From: Spirochaetia bacterium
GTDB taxonomy: Bacteria > Spirochaetota > Spirochaetia > SZUA-6 > Bin103
NCBI GenBank assembly: GCA_965203515.1
Contig: OZ241907.1
Location: 1,511,379 to 1,575,378 of the forward strand
DNA length: 64,000 nucleotides
Reading direction: 5' to 3'
Below are positions 55,265 through 64,000 of the stretch, piece by piece. The stretch's first letter is position 1. The number at the start of each line of letters is the position of its first letter. The notes beneath the pieces were generated by a model. That model was given only the letters and a program-made list of their open reading frames with translations, did no database searches and was not told the DNA's origin. A program made the position numbers and the translations under genes.

Positions 55265-56788
55265 TCAAAGCCGGTACAGATCGCCGAACTTGGCGTCGAG
55301 ATAGTCGATGAAGTAACGCGCGTCGAGCGCTTCTCCGGTCACCCGCCGGCAGAGCTCGGCGGCCGGATAGACGCGCCCGTGACGGTGGATGCGCTCGCGC
55401 AGCCAGTCCAGGATCTCCGCGAACCGCCCGCCGCGGACCCGCTCCTCCCAGTCCGGGAGGTCGCGCGCCATGGCGGCGTGGAACTGCGCGCCGTACAGGT
55501 TGCCGAGCGTGTAGGTGGGGAAATAGCCGATCGCGAACATCGACCAGTGGATGTCCTGCAGCACGCCGTCGGCGTCGCGCTCCGGGACGACGCCGAGCAG
55601 CGCCCGCGATTCCTCCCGCCAGGCATCGGGCAGGTCGTCGACCTGCAGGTCGCCGTCGACCATGCCGCGCTCCAGCGAGAAGCGGAGCAGGACGTGCAGG
55701 TTGTAGGTCACCTCGTCGGCCTCCACGCGGATGAACGACGGCTTCACGGCGTTGATCGCACGGTAGAACCGATCGAGATCGACGTCGGCCAGCGCCGGGA
55801 AGCGCGGCTGGAGATGCGGGTAGAAGTGTTCCCAGAACGCGCGCCCGCGGCCGATCGGATTCTCCCAGAACCGCGACTGCGACTCGCAGATGCCGAGCGA
55901 GGCGCCGTCGCCCAGCGCGCTGGTGGCCAGCTCCGGCGCCACGCCCAGCCCGTGCAGTCCGTGACCGCATTCGTGAATCGTCCCGAACACGCCGGCGCTC
56001 AGCAGATCGGGCCGGAACCGGGTGGTGAGCCGGCCGTCAGCGGCGCCCAGCGTAGCGGAGAACGGGTGCGCGGAGACGTCCAGGCGCCCCGTCCGGGACG
56101 AGAATCCGAGCGCCGCCAGCAGATCGTCGCTGAACGCGCGCTGCGCGCTCACGTCATAGTCGCGCCGCAGCACCCCGTCGTCGATCGTGACCGCCGAACC
56201 GGCGATCCGCTCCAGCAGGTCGACCAGCGGGCCGCGCAGCGCGTCGAGCACTCCGGCGAGCTCCGCGCTGCTCATCCACGGCTCGAATTCGTCCAGCAGC
56301 GGATCGTAGCGGGTATCCCGGAATCCCAGATGGTCGGCCTTCTCGCGGGTGAGGCGCACGGTCTCCCGCAGGTCGTCCCGGAAGAGGCCGAAGTCCGACG
56401 CCTCGCGCGCGGCCACCCAGCTCGCCTGGTTGACCGCGGCCTGATGGGCGATCGCGGTCACCAGCTCGACCGGCAACCGGGTCTCCCGATCATAGGTCCT
56501 CCGCAGCTCGCGCAGGAATGCCCGATCGGCGTGGTCGAGGTCGGTGCGCGCTTCGCCGGCGGCGATCAGCTCGCCGAGCTCGGGCGCGGTCAGGCGCTCA
56601 TGGACCTGGCCTTCGAGCAGGGCGAGTTGCTCCGCCCGCTCCGCTATCGCCCCCTTCGGCATGCAGGTCTCCTGATCCCAGCGCAGCACGCCGATCACGT
56701 GCCGCATCAGGCAGATCTCCCGATCGAGCGTGCGGAGGCGCGCGAGCGGACCGGTCGCCGGCCGGACGCCGGCCGCGGACCGGTTCAG
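55265..56788 (-). CDS. Carboxypeptidase M32 (Taq family); start upstream of first ATG, possibly CTG at 56788
   Basis: 'LRWDQETCMP', 'GRLDVSAHPF', 'HECGHG', 'ESQSRFWEN', 'IRVEADEVTY', 'LQDIHW', 'GYFPTYTLG'. Confidence 0.92.
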   Translation of the reverse strand: MNRSAAGVRPATGPLARLRTLDREICLMRHVIGVLRWDQETCMPKGAIAERAEQLALLEGQVHERLTAPELGELIAAGEARTDLDHADRAFLRELRRTYDRETRLPVELVTAIAHQAAVNQASWVAAREASDFGLFRDDLRETVRLTREKADHLGFRDTRYDPLLDEFEPWMSSAELAGVLDALRGPLVDLLERIAGSAVTIDDGVLRRDYDVSAQRAFSDDLLAALGFSSRTGRLDVSAHPFSATLGAADGRLTTRFRPDLLSAGVFGTIHECGHGLHGLGVAPELATSALGDGASLGICESQSRFWENPIGRGRAFWEHFYPHLQPRFPALADVDLDRFYRAINAVKPSFIRVEADEVTYNLHVLLRFSLERGMVDGDLQVDDLPDAWREESRALLGVVPERDADGVLQDIHWSMFAIGYFPTYTLGNLYGAQFHAAMARDLPDWEERVRGGRFAEILDWLRERIHRHGRVYPAAELCRRVTGEALDARYFIDYLDAKFGDLYRL

Positions 56789-57471
56789 GTGGCGGTCTCC
56801 ACCCGCACGTAGCGGGCGTAGCCGGCCGGCAGGGTGATCTCGTTCCCGGCGCCTTCCTTGCGGAATACGACTTCGGCATCGGAAACGCTCGACACGGTGA
56901 TCCTGGTGCCCGGCTTCAGCCGGTGCTGGTCGAGGCGGCGCATCAGATCGGCGTTCTCCTCGGCCTCTTCGGTGATCCGCAGGATCTCGGACCGGTCGCC
57001 GGCGCGGGCGCCGGTCAGCCGCGGCGCGTCGAGCAGGCGGCGCTCGTCCGGGGAGCCGGGAAACGGATTGCCGTGCGGGCAGGTCGTCGGCCGCCCCAGC
57101 CGCTCGTACAGATGTTCCTCCAGGCGCGGCGACAGCGAGTGCTCCAGCTTGTCGGCCTCTTCGTCCACGTCTACCCAGTCGTAGCCCAGTACGTCGACCA
57201 GGAGGCGCTCCAAGAGGTAGTGGCGGCGGATGGTGTGCTCGGCCTGCACGGTGCCGCGCTGCGTGAGGCGCACGCCGTCTTCGGGATCGAGCACGACCAG
57301 CTGGTGCTGTTCCAGCCGCTTCAGGGCCTGCGAGACCGCGGCGGCCGAAACCCCGACCCGCTCGGCGATGCGGGCGCCGACGACCGGCCGACGCTCGCGC
57401 ACCAGCAGGTAGATCTGGATCAGGTATTCGTTTGCCGTGGCCGACGAAGGGCGATGGACGCGCTGTGCCAT
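56785..57471 (-). CDS. DtxR/MntR-family metal-dependent transcriptional regulator with C-terminal FeoA/SH3 domain
   Basis: 'EYLIQIY', 'VSAAAVSQALKRL', 'IRRHYLLERLL', 'EEADKLEHSLS', 'PTTCPHGNPFP'. Confidence 0.93.
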   Translation of the reverse strand: MAQRVHRPSSATANEYLIQIYLLVRERRPVVGARIAERVGVSAAAVSQALKRLEQHQLVVLDPEDGVRLTQRGTVQAEHTIRRHYLLERLLVDVLGYDWVDVDEEADKLEHSLSPRLEEHLYERLGRPTTCPHGNPFPGSPDERRLLDAPRLTGARAGDRSEILRITEEAEENADLMRRLDQHRLKPGTRITVSSVSDAEVVFRKEGAGNEITLPAGYARYVRVETAT

Positions 57472-57619
57472 GATGTCAGGTCGAACGATTGAGTTTAGTG
57501 CCGGACCGGCGCTCCGTCCACCGGCCGCGGACGGGACCGGTCAGCCCAGGCGGTCGAGCAGGTTGCGCGTGATGCGGTCGACCGTCGGATCGCCGCAGTG
57601 ACCGCCCGCCCGGCGGCGG

Positions 57620-58405
57620 TCACGTCATCGACGTCATCGAGGCGCGCAGCTGCTTGGCGGCCGGAGCCAGCAGGTGCCAGTCGCCGCCGGCGCAGATCCA
57701 GGAGACGCCGGCGTCGATCCAGTGCCGGAGGACGTCCGGGTCGGCGCCGACCGATTGTCCCATCGGCACCCCGCGCGCCCGCGCGGCGTCGAGCATCCGC
57801 TGCATGGCGGCGACCACGTCGGGATGGCCGGGCTGGCCCAACCGCCCCATCGTGCCGGACAGGTCCATGGGGCCGGGCACGATGCTGTCGACGCCGGGGA
57901 TGTCGAGGATCTCGTCGATCCGGTTCACCGCGTCGATGTGCTCGATCTGCAGGATGACCAGCATCTCGGCGTCGACCTCGGCCAGGTACTCGCCGGTATC
58001 GCGCGCCCCGAACCGCACGCCCCGGGCCGGGCCGAAGCCGCGCACGCCGCGCGGCGGATAGCGGCAGCCCCGCACCGCCTGCTCGGCTTCCTCGACGCTG
58101 CCGATGCGCGGCACGATGACGGCGGCCGGGTGGATCTCGAGCAACGGCTTCATCGCCGCCGGGTCCATGGACGGCACCCGCACGAACGGGGCCAACCCCA
58201 CGCCGCGGCAGGTGCGCACGTGGTTGAGCGCGTGCTCCGGGGTCATCGCCGAGTGCTCCATGTCGATCCAGACGATGTCGAAGCCGGCCTCGCCCATGAT
58301 CTCGATCACGGTCGAATCGGTGAGGGAGACGTTGGTGCCGATGCAGACCTCGCCCCGGCTCCACTTGTCGCGAATCTTATCCAGATGGTTCACGGCGCCG
58401 AGCAT
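57620..58405 (-). CDS. HpcH/HpaI aldolase family protein
   Basis: 'GFDIVWIDMEH', 'VRVP', 'CRYPPRGVRG', 'LQIEH', 'GPMDLSG'. Confidence 0.9.
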   Translation of the reverse strand: MLGAVNHLDKIRDKWSRGEVCIGTNVSLTDSTVIEIMGEAGFDIVWIDMEHSAMTPEHALNHVRTCRGVGLAPFVRVPSMDPAAMKPLLEIHPAAVIVPRIGSVEEAEQAVRGCRYPPRGVRGFGPARGVRFGARDTGEYLAEVDAEMLVILQIEHIDAVNRIDEILDIPGVDSIVPGPMDLSGTMGRLGQPGHPDVVAAMQRMLDAARARGVPMGQSVGADPDVLRHWIDAGVSWICAGGDWHLLAPAAKQLRASMTSMT

Positions 58406-58458
58406 ACCGCCTTGGCGCTTGATCGACACGCCCGCCGCTGCCACGCTACGCGCCGGCC

Positions 58459-59475
58459 GTGCAGGGCATCGCGAGCGGAGTCACCGGCGGAGCGGGGCGG
58501 GCGGCGCTGGCCGGCGCCGCGGCGCTGCTGGCGCTGGCGTGCGGCGGCCTCGACGACGGCCTGTACGCGCGGATCGTCACCGATGAGGGCCGCGTGCTGG
58601 TGCGCCTCCATCAGGAACGGGCGCCGCTGCCGGTCGCCGCGTTCGTGGGACTGGCCGAGGGCGCGCTCGCTCCCGGCCGCTTCTACGACGGCTCGATCGT
58701 GGAGATCGCCTCCGAGCAGCTCGTCATGGCCGGCGGCGCGCGCCCGCGCGGTCCGGGGCGTCCGGCCGGTCCCGACTGGGAGATCCCCGATCAGTTCCAT
58801 CCGGAGCTGCGCCATGACCGGCCCGGCGTGGTCTCCCTGCTCACCGCGGGGCCGCACACCGGCAGCAGCCGCTTCGTGATCACCCGGCGGGCGGCTCCGG
58901 AGCTCGACGGGGTCTATCCGGTCTTCGGGGAGGTGGTGTCCGGCCAGGAGGCGTTGGCGAGGCTGCGCCGCGGCCAGGCGCTGAAGCGGGTCCGCATCGT
59001 GCGGGTGGGGCGCGAGGCGCGCCGCTACCGCGTCGACGGCGCGCGATTCGCCGCGCTGCGGTCGCAGGTCGCGGAGGAGTCGTTGCGCCGTCTCCTGCAG
59101 CGTGACGAGGAGGCGCGCGCGGTCTTCCGCCGGCGCTGGCCGGACGCGATCGCCACCGAGTCGGGACTGCTGTACGCGGCGCACCGGACCGGGGAGGGGC
59201 CGACCCCGGAGTTCGGGGCCAAGGTGCTCCTGCGCTACACGGGCCGCCTGCTCGACGGCACCCGGTTCGGCACCTCCGGTGCCGAGCCGCAGGAGTTCAC
59301 GATCGGCGCGGTGGTGAAGGGCCTGGAGGAGATGCTGTTGGCGATGCGCCGCGGCGGCCGGCGCACCGTGCTGATCCCGCCCGACCTGGGCTACGGCGCG
59401 ACCGGCGTGCCCGGCACGGTGCCGCCGCGCGCGCACCTGATCTTCGAGGTGGAGTTGGTCGACTACGCCAACTGA
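58459..59475 (+). CDS. Peptidyl-prolyl isomerase, cyclophilin + FKBP fusion (lipoprotein)
   Basis: Lipobox 'LALAC'; 'FVGLAEG..FYDG', 'PELRHDRPGVVS', 'HTGSSRFVIT'; FKBP 'ATESGL', 'YTGRLLDGTRF', 'PPDLGYG', 'LIFEVEL'; several cyclophilin core residues look divergent. Confidence 0.85.
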   Translation: MQGIASGVTGGAGRAALAGAAALLALACGGLDDGLYARIVTDEGRVLVRLHQERAPLPVAAFVGLAEGALAPGRFYDGSIVEIASEQLVMAGGARPRGPGRPAGPDWEIPDQFHPELRHDRPGVVSLLTAGPHTGSSRFVITRRAAPELDGVYPVFGEVVSGQEALARLRRGQALKRVRIVRVGREARRYRVDGARFAALRSQVAEESLRRLLQRDEEARAVFRRRWPDAIATESGLLYAAHRTGEGPTPEFGAKVLLRYTGRLLDGTRFGTSGAEPQEFTIGAVVKGLEEMLLAMRRGGRRTVLIPPDLGYGATGVPGTVPPRAHLIFEVELVDYAN

Positions 59476-59513
59476 CGGCGATCCGGCCGATCGGGCGCGG
59501 CGGGCGCCCGGGA

Positions 59514-60785
59514 CTACGGCACGCGGGCGCGGTAGAGCCGGCCGGCGCCGCGCGCTTCATACGCCGGGACCGCCGCGGGGACGAACGCGGCGTCGCCGCG
59601 CCGCAAGGCGAGCGTCCCCCCCGGCCAGCGGAGGCGGGCGCCGTCGCCGAGCAGCAACAGGATCTCCGGCCCCCGCCGCGGCGCGAAGGCGCCGCCGGCC
59701 TGCAGGTCGATGACCGAAAGCTGAAACTCCTCGGCCGGCGTGGGATAGACCTGCTCGGCCGGCCCGGCCGGCCGCGGCGGCACGCGGGCGGGCGGCGCCG
59801 GCCGCAGGTCGGCGGCGGCGAGCAGCTCGTCGACATCGACGTGCTTGGTGGTGAGTCCGGCGCGCAGCACGTTGTCCGAGTTGGCCATCAGCTCGACGCC
59901 GGCCCCGCTGACGTAGGCGTGGAGTTGCCCGGGCGGGGTGAACAACGCCTCTCCCGGCCGGAGCGCGACGCGGTTGAGCAGCAGCGCGGCGATCACCGCC
60001 GGATCGTCGGGATACCGCTCCGCCAGCCGCGCCAGCAGCGCGCCGGCGGCGGAGCCGGGGGCGGCACTGCCGGGGGCGGCGGTGCCGGGGGCGGCACTGC
60101 CGGGGGCGGCGGTGCCGGGGGCGGCACTGCCGGGCGCCGTGCCGGCGACCAGCCGGCGGTGCAGGCGCGCCCCGGCCGCGCGGTCGAGCGTCAGGACGGC
60201 GCGCAGCACCCGGCCGACCGCGGCGGCGGCGTCCCGGCCGGCGGCCGTTGCGGCCAGCTCGGCAACGCCGGCCGCGGCCAGCGCGGCCTCGATCTCCGGC
60301 AGCGGCCGGATGCCGGCCAGGACCTCCATCGGTTCCAGCGCCAGCATGAGCTCCGGTTTGTGTCCGCGGTCGCGATAGGACCGGTGCGGCGAGTCGATCG
60401 GCACGCCGGTCCGTTCCTCCTCGTCGAACCCGCGCGCGGCGCGGGCGCGCGTGGGGTGGACCTGCACCGACACCGGCCGGCCGAGCGCCAGCAGCTTGAA
60501 GAGAAACGGCAGCGCCGCTCCCTGCCCGGCCGCCCTCTGCCCGGCTGCCGCGCAACGGCCGAGCGTTTCGATCGGCCGGTCGGCGACCAGCCGGTCCAGC
60601 GTCACCCGTCCGGAACCGGAATCGGGACCGACCTGCGCCACGGACGGCGCGACCGGGTGCGCCCCCATCCACAACTCCGCTTCGGGCCGGCCGCTCGCGG
60701 GACGTCCTGTCAGGCGGCCGAGCGCCGTACGCGACCCCCAGTCGTAGTGCCGTACCGGACATTCCAGCGGGAGGATGCCGAGCAT
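59514..60785 (-). CDS. manA: Mannose-6-phosphate isomerase, class I
   Basis: 'HYDWGS', 'AELWMGAHP', 'LPFLFKLL', 'SVQVHP', 'HKPEL', 'HAYVSG..VELMANSDNVLRAGLTTKHVD'. Confidence 0.93.
   Translation of the reverse strand: MLGILPLECPVRHYDWGSRTALGRLTGRPASGRPEAELWMGAHPVAPSVAQVGPDSGSGRVTLDRLVADRPIETLGRCAAAGQRAAGQGAALPFLFKLLALGRPVSVQVHPTRARAARGFDEEERTGVPIDSPHRSYRDRGHKPELMLALEPMEVLAGIRPLPEIEAALAAAGVAELAATAAGRDAAAAVGRVLRAVLTLDRAAGARLHRRLVAGTAPGSAAPGTAAPGSAAPGTAAPGSAAPGSAAGALLARLAERYPDDPAVIAALLLNRVALRPGEALFTPPGQLHAYVSGAGVELMANSDNVLRAGLTTKHVDVDELLAAADLRPAPPARVPPRPAGPAEQVYPTPAEEFQLSVIDLQAGGAFAPRRGPEILLLLGDGARLRWPGGTLALRRGDAAFVPAAVPAYEARGAGRLYRARVP
60051..60140 (-). repeat. In-frame 15-bp tandem repeat x6 in manA encoding (T/S)AAPG
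   Basis: + strand units NNN-GCCGGGGGCGGC with alternating ACT/GGT; protein 'GTAPGSAAPGTAAPGSAAPGTAAPGSAAPGSAAG'. Confidence 0.95.
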
Positions 60786-60871
60786 GAGCGAGTTTAGGCC
60801 GCGCCGCACGCCGTGACCACCGATGCCTGCCTTGCCGCGGTCCGGCTATTGCTCCACCCTCACCTCGCCGC

Positions 60872-63205
60872 ATGGACAGCGACCGCGCGCACGCGATCGA
60901 CCGGGCCGTGATCGACGCCCTGTCGGCCCGATCGGCACCGCCGGTCGACACCCCGGCCGCCGGCGGCCGGCCGGGCGCGCCGGACGACGACGAACCGGTC
61001 GACAAGCGCTCCGGCCTGCGACGGGCCGACTATCTCGATATCCTGGAGTCGCAGTACCAGACGCGGCACGTCGACCTGGAAGCGCGCCGGCTCCGCGCGC
61101 GCGGCACCGGCTTCTATACGATCGGCAGCACCGGCCACGAGGGCAACGCCGCGCTGGCGGCCGCCCTCCGTCCGACCGATCCCGCCTTCCTGCACTACCG
61201 CTCCGGCGGCTTCTTCGCGCAGCGCTCCAAGCAGGCCGACGGCAGCACCCCGGTGTTCGACGTGCTGCTCTCGCTCTGCGCCAGCTCCGACGATCCGATC
61301 GCCGGCGGCCGGCACAAAGTGTTCGGCAGTACGGCGCTGTGGATGCCGCCGCAGACCAGCACGATAGCCTCGCACCTGCCCAAGGCGATGGGCACCGCCT
61401 TCGCGATGGAGCGGGCCAAGCGGCTCGGACAATCCCTGCCGTTTCCCGACGACTCGATCGTCATCTGCACGTTCGGCGACGGCACGGTCAACCACGCGTC
61501 CGCGCTAGCCGGCATGAACGCCAGCGCGTGGGCCGCCTTTCAGAACCTGCCGATGCCGATCCTGTTCGTCTGCGAGGACAACGGCTTCGGCATCTCGGTG
61601 CAGACGCCGCCCGGCTGGGTCGAGCGGGTGTGGCATTCCTTCCCGCGCCTCAGCTACCTGAAGGCGGACGGCTGCGACATCATCGACACCTACCGCCAGG
61701 CGCGCGCCGCCGCCGAGCTGTGCCGGCGCCGGCGCGCGCCGGTCTTCCTGCACCTGGAGCTGGTCCGCCTGCTCGGCCACGCGGGCGCGGACATGGAGCT
61801 GACCTATCGTTCGCGCGAGCAGATCCGCGCGGCGGAGGCGCGCGATCCGGTGCTGGTCAACAGCCTGCGCGCCGTGGAGCTGGGTCTGGCGCCGGCGCGG
61901 TCGCTGCTCCGATCGTACCTCGATATCCGCGACCGGGTACGGGCGGCGGCGCGGGAAGCCGAGCGGCGGCCGCATCTGTCGAGCGCCGCCGAGATCGCCG
62001 GCGCCATCGCCGGTCACCGGCCGCGGCGCGTGCTGCGGGAGGCCGCGCGGGCCGGCCGCGCGGCGGCGCGCATCGCCCTGTTCGGGGCGGAACGGCTGCT
62101 GCCGGAGCGGCAGGGACCGCAGCACCTGGCGCGCCTCCTCAACTGGGGGTTGCTCGACCTGCTGGCCAAGTACCCGCAGATGATCCTGTTCGGCGAGGAC
62201 GTAGGCCGCCGCGGCGGCGTCTACGGCCTCACCACCCGGCTGACCGAGCGGGTCGGCTCGGCGCGCGTGTTCAACACGCTGCTCGACGAGCAGTCGATCC
62301 TGGGGCTCGCCATGGGCGCCGCCCACGTCGGCCTGCTGCCGGTGCCGGAGATCCAGTACCTGGCCTACTACCAGAACGCCCAGGACCAGATACGGAGCGA
62401 GGCGGCGACGCTTTCGTTCTTTTCGCAGGGCGGTTTCCGCAACCCGCTGGTGGTCAGGATCGCGAGCTGGGGGTACCAGCAGGGATTCGGCGGCCACTTC
62501 CACAACGACAACAGCGTCGCGGTGCTGCGCGATCTGCCGGGCGTGGTCATCGCCAGCCCGTCACGCGGCGACGACGCCGTGGGGATGCTGCGCACGGCCC
62601 TGGCGGCGGCGGTCACCGACGGCCGCGTGGTGCTGTTCCTGGAACCGATCGCGCTGTACCAGACCCGCCACCTGCACGCGGAGGGCGACGATCTCTGGCG
62701 GTTCCCGTATCCACCGCCGGGCGATGCGGTCGAGATCGGCCGCGCGCGCGTCTACCCGGCCGACGACCCGGAGCTGACCATCGTCAGCTGGAGCAACGGC
62801 CTGTGGCGGTCGCTGCAGGCGGCGCGCGCCCTGCGCGAACGGCACGGCATCGCCGCCGAGGTGATCGACCTGCGCTGGCTGGCTCCGCTCGACCTGGAGA
62901 CGGTCGTGGGCCGCGGGACGCGAAGCGGCCGTATCCTGATCGTCGACGAGGGCCGCGCCACCGGCGGCGTGAGCGAAGGGCTGGTGGCCGGCATCGTCGA
63001 CGCGACCGCCGACCGGCCGCACCGGCCGGCGATCCGGCGCTATTGCGCGGCCGATTCGTTCATCCCCCTGGGGCCGGCCGCCGAGCACGTCCTGCCGTCG
63101 ACCCAGGGCATCGTCGATCGGGCGGCGGACCTGGTCCGCCGCACCCGCGGCCGGCCGCCGGCATCGTCGGGGATGGGCGCTCCGGCGGCGACGGCGGCGT
63201 CGTGA
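60872..63205 (+). CDS. ThDP-dependent 2-oxoacid dehydrogenase E1, fused alpha/beta subunits
   Basis: 'GFYTIGSTGHE', 'HYRS', ThDP motif 'FGDGT...EDN', beta 'FGEDVGRRGGVY', 'VFNTLLDEQSILG', 'PEIQYLAY', 'GGHFH', 'EVIDLRWL'. Confidence 0.92.
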   Translation: MDSDRAHAIDRAVIDALSARSAPPVDTPAAGGRPGAPDDDEPVDKRSGLRRADYLDILESQYQTRHVDLEARRLRARGTGFYTIGSTGHEGNAALAAALRPTDPAFLHYRSGGFFAQRSKQADGSTPVFDVLLSLCASSDDPIAGGRHKVFGSTALWMPPQTSTIASHLPKAMGTAFAMERAKRLGQSLPFPDDSIVICTFGDGTVNHASALAGMNASAWAAFQNLPMPILFVCEDNGFGISVQTPPGWVERVWHSFPRLSYLKADGCDIIDTYRQARAAAELCRRRRAPVFLHLELVRLLGHAGADMELTYRSREQIRAAEARDPVLVNSLRAVELGLAPARSLLRSYLDIRDRVRAAAREAERRPHLSSAAEIAGAIAGHRPRRVLREAARAGRAAARIALFGAERLLPERQGPQHLARLLNWGLLDLLAKYPQMILFGEDVGRRGGVYGLTTRLTERVGSARVFNTLLDEQSILGLAMGAAHVGLLPVPEIQYLAYYQNAQDQIRSEAATLSFFSQGGFRNPLVVRIASWGYQQGFGGHFHNDNSVAVLRDLPGVVIASPSRGDDAVGMLRTALAAAVTDGRVVLFLEPIALYQTRHLHAEGDDLWRFPYPPPGDAVEIGRARVYPADDPELTIVSWSNGLWRSLQAARALRERHGIAAEVIDLRWLAPLDLETVVGRGTRSGRILIVDEGRATGGVSEGLVAGIVDATADRPHRPAIRRYCAADSFIPLGPAAEHVLPSTQGIVDRAADLVRRTRGRPPASSGMGAPAATAAS

Positions 63206-64000
63206 GCCGCCGCGTCGTGGTGGTCTGCCCCGGCCGCGGCAGCTACGGCGCCGCGGACCTCGGCTCGCTGGCGCGCGTGGTGCCGGCCGCCTCGCGGCAT
63301 GCGTTCCGGTCGGTCCTGGAGGCGACCGACGCGCGCCGGGCCGCGGCCGGCGACCCGCCGCTGTCAGCGCTCGACGGCGCCGAGCGGATGACCGCCGCGC
63401 ACAGCGCCGGCGAGCACGTATCGCCGTTGATCCTGGCATGCACCGCCGCCGACTTCCTGCGCGTCGACCGCCAGCGCTGCCAGGTGGTGGCGGTGACCGG
63501 CAACAGCCTGGGCTGGTACTCGGCGCTGTTCTGCGCGGGCGCGCTGTCGCTCGCCGACGCGATGCGGCTGGTGGAGACGATGAGCGGCCTGGGCCGCAAC
63601 GGCCCGGGCCGCGGCCTGGGCGGCGGCCAGCTCGTCTATCCGGTCACCGACGAGCGGTGGCTGCCCGATGACGGCCTGGCCGAGCGGGTGGAAGCCGCGC
63701 TGAGCGCCGCGCGCGCGGCCGGGCATCGGGTCGGCGATTCGATCCGCTACGGCGGCTTCCGCGTGCTGTGGGGGGACGACGCCGGCATCCGCGAGCTGCG
63801 CGCGCGGCTGCCGCGGCGCGAGTTCGGGGAGCGCGTCTACCCGCTAAGCCTGCACGGCCACGCGGCGTTCCATTCGCCGCTGCTGGCCGACTACGCGCGG
63901 CGGGCGGTCGAAGCCCTGGCCGGCGCGGTCGACTGGCGGACGCCCGAGGCGCCGCTGATCGACGGGCGCGGCCGGCAGTGGTCACCGCTCGCCGCCGACA
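63202..64000 (+). CDS. FabD-like ACP S-acyltransferase family protein, 3'-truncated by window edge
   Basis: GTGA overlap with E1; 'VVCPGRGSY', nucleophile elbow 'GNSLGWY', 'HAAFHSP'; open to window end. Confidence 0.8.
   Translation, partial: MSRRVVVVCPGRGSYGAADLGSLARVVPAASRHAFRSVLEATDARRAAAGDPPLSALDGAERMTAAHSAGEHVSPLILACTAADFLRVDRQRCQVVAVTGNSLGWYSALFCAGALSLADAMRLVETMSGLGRNGPGRGLGGGQLVYPVTDERWLPDDGLAERVEAALSAARAAGHRVGDSIRYGGFRVLWGDDAGIRELRARLPRREFGERVYPLSLHGHAAFHSPLLADYARRAVEALAGAVDWRTPEAPLIDGRGRQWSPLAAD

Overview
Very GC-rich, densely coding bacterial chromosome window. It is probably from a free-living or host-associated Spirochaetia: an SBP signal peptide ends in 'FAAGQDE', and there is a cyclophilin-FKBP fusion and a bactofilin; this taxonomy is inference only. 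(i) 1-35.4 kb is an accessory glycan/sugar-acid uptake and catabolism region with three ABC systems, a heparinase II/III-like lyase, an Ogl-like propeller, two Asp-box sialidase-like proteins, two GHL10-like TIM barrels, a GH32/43-like propeller, rhamnulokinase, Gfo/Idh/MocA and a DegT aminotransferase. It is interrupted by a VapBC pair, an AT-richer ABC-ATPase + TOPRIM-like gene pair (candidate anti-phage module), three paralogous membrane-anchored coiled-coil genes differing by whole 21-bp heptad units, and a twice-frameshifted DUF1156 DNA methylase. (ii) 35.4-45.6 kb holds ybdK, a Rieske protein, a DMT transporter, a DHDPS-family enzyme, tRNA-Lys(UUU), bactofilin, an HNH nuclease with a near-consensus leaderless promoter, and an N6-adenine methylase cleanly split by a complete 1453-bp IS3 element with an ATT target duplication. 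(iii) 45.6-64 kb is mostly housekeeping: tyrA, rsmA, comEC, TlpA, an SPT-like aminotransferase + fabZ, a DtxR-M32-nitrilase-amidohydrolase operon, HpcH aldolase, PPIase, manA, and a fused E1 alpha/beta + FabD-like gene. No CRISPR array, rRNA, integrase or reverse transcriptase was seen. All family calls are by eye from motifs; no database search was run.
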